A stretch of 64,000 nt of DNA from the NCBI GenBank assembly GCA_963693365.1, contig CAVNZM010000018.1, positions 1,695,399 through 1,759,398 of the forward strand, written 5' to 3'. Made by a program: the position numbers and the translations under genes. The notes beneath the pieces are model-generated. The model was not told the DNA's origin, did not search any database, and saw nothing but the letters and a program-made list of their open reading frames with translations. The number at the start of each line of letters is the position of its first letter. Position 1 is the stretch's first letter. This document shows, one piece after another, positions 58,950 to 64,000 of the stretch. The stretch is from Amoebidium appalachense (lineage: Eukaryota > Protista > Ichthyosporea).

Positions 58950-59593
58950 CGCTCATGACCGTACTCTCCAACAACACAGGTGCAAGCGCACGGTAATAGC
59001 GCTCATGACCGTACTCTCCAACAACACAGGTGCAAGCGCACGGTAATAGCGCTCATGACCGTACTCTCCAACAACACAGGTGCAAGCGCACGGTAATAGC
59101 GCTCATGACCGTACTCTCCAACAACACAGGTGCAAGCGCACGGTAATAGCGCTCATGACCGTACTCTCCAACAACACAGGTGCAAGCGCACGGTAATAGC
59201 GCTCATGACTGTACTCTCCAACAACACAGGTGCAAGCGCACGGTAATAGCGCTCATGACCGTACTCTCCAACAACACAGGTGCAAGCGCACGGTAATAGC
59301 GCTCATGACCGTACTCTCCAACAACACAGGTGCAAGCGCACGGTGATAGCGCTCATGACCCTACTCTCCAACAACACAGGTGCAAGCGCACGGTAATAGC
59401 GCTCATGACCGTACTCTCCAACAACACAGGTGCAAGCGCACGGTAATAGCGCTCATGACCGTACTCTCCAACAACACAGGTGCAAGCGCACGGTGATAGC
59501 GCTCATGACCCTACTCTCCAACAACACAGGTGCAAGCGCACGGTGATAGCGCTCATGACCCTACTCTCCAACAACACAGGTGCAAGCGCACGG
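58950..59593 (+). repeat. Minisatellite, 50-bp unit, about 13 copies (left arm of an inverted pair)
   Basis: gctcatgaccgtactctccaacaacacaggtgcaagcgcacggtaatagc repeated in tandem. Confidence 0.98.
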
Positions 59594-60069
59594 GCAGGCC
59601 CGACCATAACCCCGTTTTTACGGTAAAAAATACCCCAAAATATCATCATAATTTCAGTTTATGGTAAGCCTCCGCAAATTTCGTGTTAAGCTAAAATAGG
59701 AACCACCCTTTATCCCCTTTGACTGGGGATGAAAAATACCATACACCCCAGGCAAAAATACTCCGGGGCTTGAAAATATACCAAGAAACAAATCCGAATT
59801 TTCGGGCTTGCGCACGGGTTATGCAACCAATTGGATGGCATCCACGTTTGGCCAATCAGCGCGGCTAGCCCATGGTAACGGGATTGTTCTCTAGATTTAT
59901 CCAATCGGGATCATCCAGTTAAAAGATGTGTAATCCGCGTTTAGCCAATCAGCGCGATGACTGATGTTATATCCAAATCTTGTCAAATACACCGAACTCA
60001 GCTGCACGAAAACACAACAGGATTTGGCATGTAGGGTATAGGCAGAATTATAATATTTCGCTGTCAGCA

Positions 60070-61836
60070 ATGGGACTTGCACCCTCAATGCCAGTGCGTG
60101 TTCGGATCATTCCATCGAGGACACCGCTGTTGTTAGGCCCTGTAGGGGAAGATGTTGCAGTGTTTTCTCTTGCAAACACCAACGGCCTTGCCACGGTTTC
60201 AACCCCCGAAAATGTCACTCTCGTGGAAACGTTGCACCCTTTTGTTGTGTTTGAGGTAGACACCTCGTTGAGTCTATTGCAACTGCAGGAAGAGTTGAAA
60301 GCAGGTTTCCGTGCATGCACCGCGGTGTACCTCCGAAGCTATGACAAGCTGGCCGTGTACAACCCTGAAGGGCGCTGTTGCCTTCCAACTAGGACGGTGA
60401 TGCAGGCCACAGCAGCAGAGATTGCGGCAAAAATGTCCGAACTGGACCAAAAAACGAGCGAGAGCTTTGCCGATATGTTTTTTGCAACCTCCACGTTGGC
60501 GGATGTCCAATACGCGATAGCGAATAACAGTGATTTTCAGGATAGTAGGTTCTGGAACTGGTGGGGTTTACTACCTGAGGATGCTATTAGAAGGATCGTA
60601 GAGACACACCCCAGTGAGGGGTACACGGGGGACGGCAAACTGCGGCATTACCCGCCGTGCACTGCGTGGTTGCGAGGGTCTGCAGGAGTTGTCAAGTTAG
60701 ACAGCTCTGCGTATACGTTAGAGTCGTTTAACACGTGTTTGCTGCTGCGATTGATGGACCATTATGCCCACCGGAGGGACCACGACGACGACGGCTACGA
60801 CGATGTCCATGCGACTATAATACTAGATATGGCCACCCAAAAGGCCAATATTTTGGCACAAGCTGCCTCAAACCCGCCAGTTACAACTGCACCCCGTACC
60901 CAAGCCCACCTGTACGACTACACAAACATCATTAGACACAAGCTGGGATGGGACAAAAAGCTTTCGAATTTAATTGACAGGGTCCAGGCGGATTACAGCG
61001 AGGGTGGGCCTGCCGAGCGCAAAAACATATTCGGGCGGTACACGGGATATTTTGCTTACGAGATTCAGGAAGGGCAGGAAGAAGGCGAGTTTGTTCCCCT
61101 GGGCCAGATCGATACCGACATCGAAACCGTCGAAATTTCCACATTCATGCGGCGTCTGCAAGTGGGCGTGTCGTGGCAGATGCTTGTGGACGTCATGAAC
61201 AAACGACACGTCATGGTGCTTCCCTTCGATTGGGGAGACTTCATTGACACAACCAGGAAAGATGTTGAGCGCGAAGAGTTCCGAAAAGCCCAAGAGGAGG
61301 GGCAAGGTAGAGATTTGCCATTCGTTGTTGACGGGTTGTATGCTTACGACACCGAAACCCGGCAAGCGGCCGTCATCTACCCCCCGAGTGGATATGACCA
61401 AATCATGCTCAACGATGCCGACGGCGTCTGCCCGTGGCAGGCAGAAATCGAGCATTATTGGGTAGAAACCCCCTCCGACCATTTGGAACAACAGCGCAGC
61501 AGCTATATCGGTATTAACAAGACCACGGGCCAGCCTGACACGTCTCCCAGCGCGGATGCCCTGTGGAGTGCTGTTCCTATCGCCGAGGTTTTGGATGGTG
61601 CGGATTGGTACCCGCAACTGCCGTGTCAGACAGCCCTCGAGGATGCCATCAGGAATCACCATGTGCAAGTAGTTGGTGAACCATACGACCACTGGTTGTA
61701 TTATGAAGCAGCAACCAACACATGGGATGAACTTTGGCCTGACTGTGATCGGTATCACCATATTACCAGCAGGCCAGGCGACTTCGTGCCTTTTTACGAT
61801 CAATGGCCGGACGGATCGGTATCACCATATTACTAG
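60070..61836 (+). CDS. Intronless orphan protein, 588 aa
   Basis: Uninterrupted non-repetitive ORF with first ATG at 60070. Four CCAAT motifs lie upstream (59827-59949) and AATAAA lies at 61869-61874. No domain recognised. Confidence 0.85.
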   Translation: MGLAPSMPVRVRIIPSRTPLLLGPVGEDVAVFSLANTNGLATVSTPENVTLVETLHPFVVFEVDTSLSLLQLQEELKAGFRACTAVYLRSYDKLAVYNPEGRCCLPTRTVMQATAAEIAAKMSELDQKTSESFADMFFATSTLADVQYAIANNSDFQDSRFWNWWGLLPEDAIRRIVETHPSEGYTGDGKLRHYPPCTAWLRGSAGVVKLDSSAYTLESFNTCLLLRLMDHYAHRRDHDDDGYDDVHATIILDMATQKANILAQAASNPPVTTAPRTQAHLYDYTNIIRHKLGWDKKLSNLIDRVQADYSEGGPAERKNIFGRYTGYFAYEIQEGQEEGEFVPLGQIDTDIETVEISTFMRRLQVGVSWQMLVDVMNKRHVMVLPFDWGDFIDTTRKDVEREEFRKAQEEGQGRDLPFVVDGLYAYDTETRQAAVIYPPSGYDQIMLNDADGVCPWQAEIEHYWVETPSDHLEQQRSSYIGINKTTGQPDTSPSADALWSAVPIAEVLDGADWYPQLPCQTALEDAIRNHHVQVVGEPYDHWLYYEAATNTWDELWPDCDRYHHITSRPGDFVPFYDQWPDGSVSPYY

Positions 61837-61984
61837 CAGGGTAGGTGACTTCGTGCTTTTTCACAATCAATAAAATTCAACTTATTATAAATATGTGACA
61901 CTCAGTGCATTCTCACGAAGGGGGTGGGGGGGGGGGGGGGGGGGGGGGGGGGTGGGGGGGGGGGGGGGGGGGGGGGGGGGATGG

Positions 61985-62599
61985 GTGCGCTTGCACCTGT
62001 GTTGTTTGAGAGTAGGGTCATGAGCGCTACCACCGGGTGCTTCCACATGTGTTGTGTGAGAGCTGAGGCATGAGCGCTATCACCGGGCGCTTCCACATGT
62101 GTTGTGTGAGAGCTGAGGCATGAGCGCTATCACCGGGCGCTTTTACATGTGTTGTGTGAGAGCTGAGGCATGAGCGCTATCACCGGGCGCTTCCACATGT
62201 GTTGTGTGAGAGCTGAGGCATGAGCGCTATCACCGGGCGCTTCCACATGTGTTATGTGAGAGCTGAGGCATGAGCGCTATCACCGGGCGCTTCCACATGT
62301 GTTATGTGAGAGCTGAGGCATGAGCGCTATCACCGGGGGCTTTGTGGGTGTGTGTGGGGGGTGGGGGGGGGGGGGTGGGGGGGGGGGGGGGGGGGGGGGG
62401 AGGGGGGAAGGGGGGGGGGGGGGGATGGGTGCGCTTGCACCTGTGTTGTTTGAGAGTAGGGTCATGAGCGCTACCACCGGGCGCTTCCACATGTGTTGTG
62501 TGAGAGCTGCGGCATGAGCGCTATCACCGGGCGCTTCCACATGTGTTGTGTGAGAGCTGAGGCATGAGCGCTATCACCGGGGGCTTTGTGGGTGTGTGT

Positions 62600-62657
<58 letters not shown>

Positions 62658-63180
62658 GGGGGGAGGGGGGGGGGAAGGGGGGGGGGGGGGGATGGGTGCG
62701 CTTGCACCTGTGTTGTTTGAGAGTAGGGTCATGAGCGCTATCACCGGGCGCTTCCACATGTGTTGTGTGAGAGCTGAGGCATGAGCGCTATCACCGGGCG
62801 CTTCCACATGTGTTGTGTGAGAGCTGAGGCATGAGCGCTATCACCGGGGGCTTTGTGGGTGTGTGTGGGGGGTGGGGGGGGGGGGGGGTGGGGGGGAGGG
62901 GGGGGGGAGGGGGGGGGGAAGGGGGGGGGGGGGGGGGGGGATGCGTGCGCTTGCACCTGTGTTGTTTGAGAGTAGGGTCATGAGCGCTATCACCGGGCGC
63001 TTCCACATGTGTTGTTTGAGAGCAGGGTCATGAGCGCTATCACCGGACGCTTCCACATGTCATCGGGCGCTTTGTGTGTGTGTGTATGTGTGTGTGTGTG
63101 TGGGGGGGGGGGGGGAGGGGCAATGCGTGCGCTTGCACCTGTGTTGTTTGAGAGGAGCACGAGCGCTATGACCGTGCGCT
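61985..63180 (-). repeat. Inverted, higher-order array of the 50-bp unit with poly-G spacers (right arm)
   Basis: gtgcgcttgcacctgtgttgtttgagagtagggtcatgagcgcta(c/t)caccg is the reverse complement of the 58950 unit. It alternates with a variant unit gcgcttccacatgtgttgtgtgagagctgaggcatgagcgctatcaccgg. Confidence 0.95.
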
Positions 63181-63535
63181 CTTTGTTTTGTTTTTTGGGG
63201 GAGGGGTCTTCCCACCCTCTTGCCCGTGGCTTCTCTATTTATTTTTCATCTTTTACGTCTTTGCCTGGAGTGTACCCAGTGCGCTTCCTGGAGAAGCACG
63301 TGCTGGGGTGGTAGCTAGCCTGTCATCCCCAACAATTGGGACTCCTGTCAATAAACGGTTTCGACCAATCAGATTGAACCGGTTTCGTACAATCAGATTT
63401 AATGTTTCGACCAATCAGATTGAATAACGGGTGAAAACGATTCAAGCATTATTCAAAGGTGGTCTCTGTGATTCGATCAATATTGAAATGGATGCTCCGT
63501 GGATCGAAAGATATTGACCGAGGGTTCGTGTTTGG

Positions 63536-63710
63536 TTGACCGGATATTGGCAGGGGTTCGCGCGATGTTCGTTTTGGGTTCACTAGATTTTCGCCAAACA
63601 CGAGTTCGGGTTGACCGGATATTGGCAGGGGTTCGCGCGATGTTCGTTTTGGGTTCACTAGATTTTCGCCAAACACGAGTTCGGGTTGACCGGATATTGA
63701 CCAAAAGGGT
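63536..63710. repeat. Tandem repeat, 75-bp unit, about 2.3 copies
   Basis: ttgaccggatattggcaggggttcgcgcgatg... units at 63536, 63611 and 63686. Confidence 0.9.
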
Positions 63711-63824
63711 TCGTGTTTGGCTGGATGGATATTGGCCAACTCCTGCGCTGCTTTGACCGTTTATTGGCCAACTCTGCGCTGCTTTGACTTTTTGCCCATG
63801 GCTTCTTTATTTATTTTTCATCTT

Positions 63825-64000
63825 TTACGTCTTTGCCCGCGCCGTCCCCCCAAATCAGCTGCAACGTGTCCTCTTCGGTTGTAAGCGTGATGTTCAGCGA
63901 CGTGATGGTTTGCACGGCAATCCTGTACACGTCTGCCGGCGCATAGTCGAACAGGTGGATCCTCGGTTGTCGGTCGGGGTAGTAGTGGCTGTATGCGAGC
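63825..64000 (-). CDS. C-terminal fragment of an unidentified ORF entering from the right edge
   Basis: Open frame ...LAYSHYYPDRQPRIHLFDYAPADVYRIAVQTITSLNITLTTEEDTLQLIWGTARAKT* with coding-like composition. Confidence 0.55.

Noticed and set aside
58950-59593. CRISPR-like regular array (also the 47-, 78- and 131-bp arrays)
   Set aside because: Units are head-to-tail with no unique spacers, no cas genes are present, and the context is eukaryotic.
60970-61803. 277-aa minus-strand ORF
   Set aside because: Antisense shadow of the 588-aa ORF.

Overview
Eukaryotic genomic DNA, very rich in microsatellites and homopolymers. A unicellular holozoan such as an ichthyosporean is my best inference, from an animal-type class I PITP with animal-like exon structure and a WIP-like gene. 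Nearly all long ORFs in the supplied track are simple-repeat artefacts; the real genes had to be assembled by hand from short GT-AG exons. The left 44 kb is host-type sequence: an 11-exon farnesyl-diphosphate synthase (-), a divergently transcribed 10-coding-exon phosphatidylinositol transfer protein (+) with an 8-nt microexon, a short WIP/verprolin-like gene (-), a decayed S28 prolyl-carboxypeptidase pseudogene (-), an intronless ubiquitin-ubiquitin-AN1 zinc-finger fusion (-), two LINE relics, tRNA-Leu-derived repeats and an intronic dispersed repeat family. From about 44.9 kb to the window end the architecture changes to what looks like an endogenous viral or giant mobile-element island. It has compact orphan ORFs, many unrelated minisatellite arrays, a divergent spliced KDM4-like JmjC demethylase, and a 588-aa orphan ORF with its own promoter and polyA signal enclosed by inverted arrays of a 50-bp repeat. 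No viral hallmark gene or transposase is visible in the window, so the island's nature is inferred, not proven.
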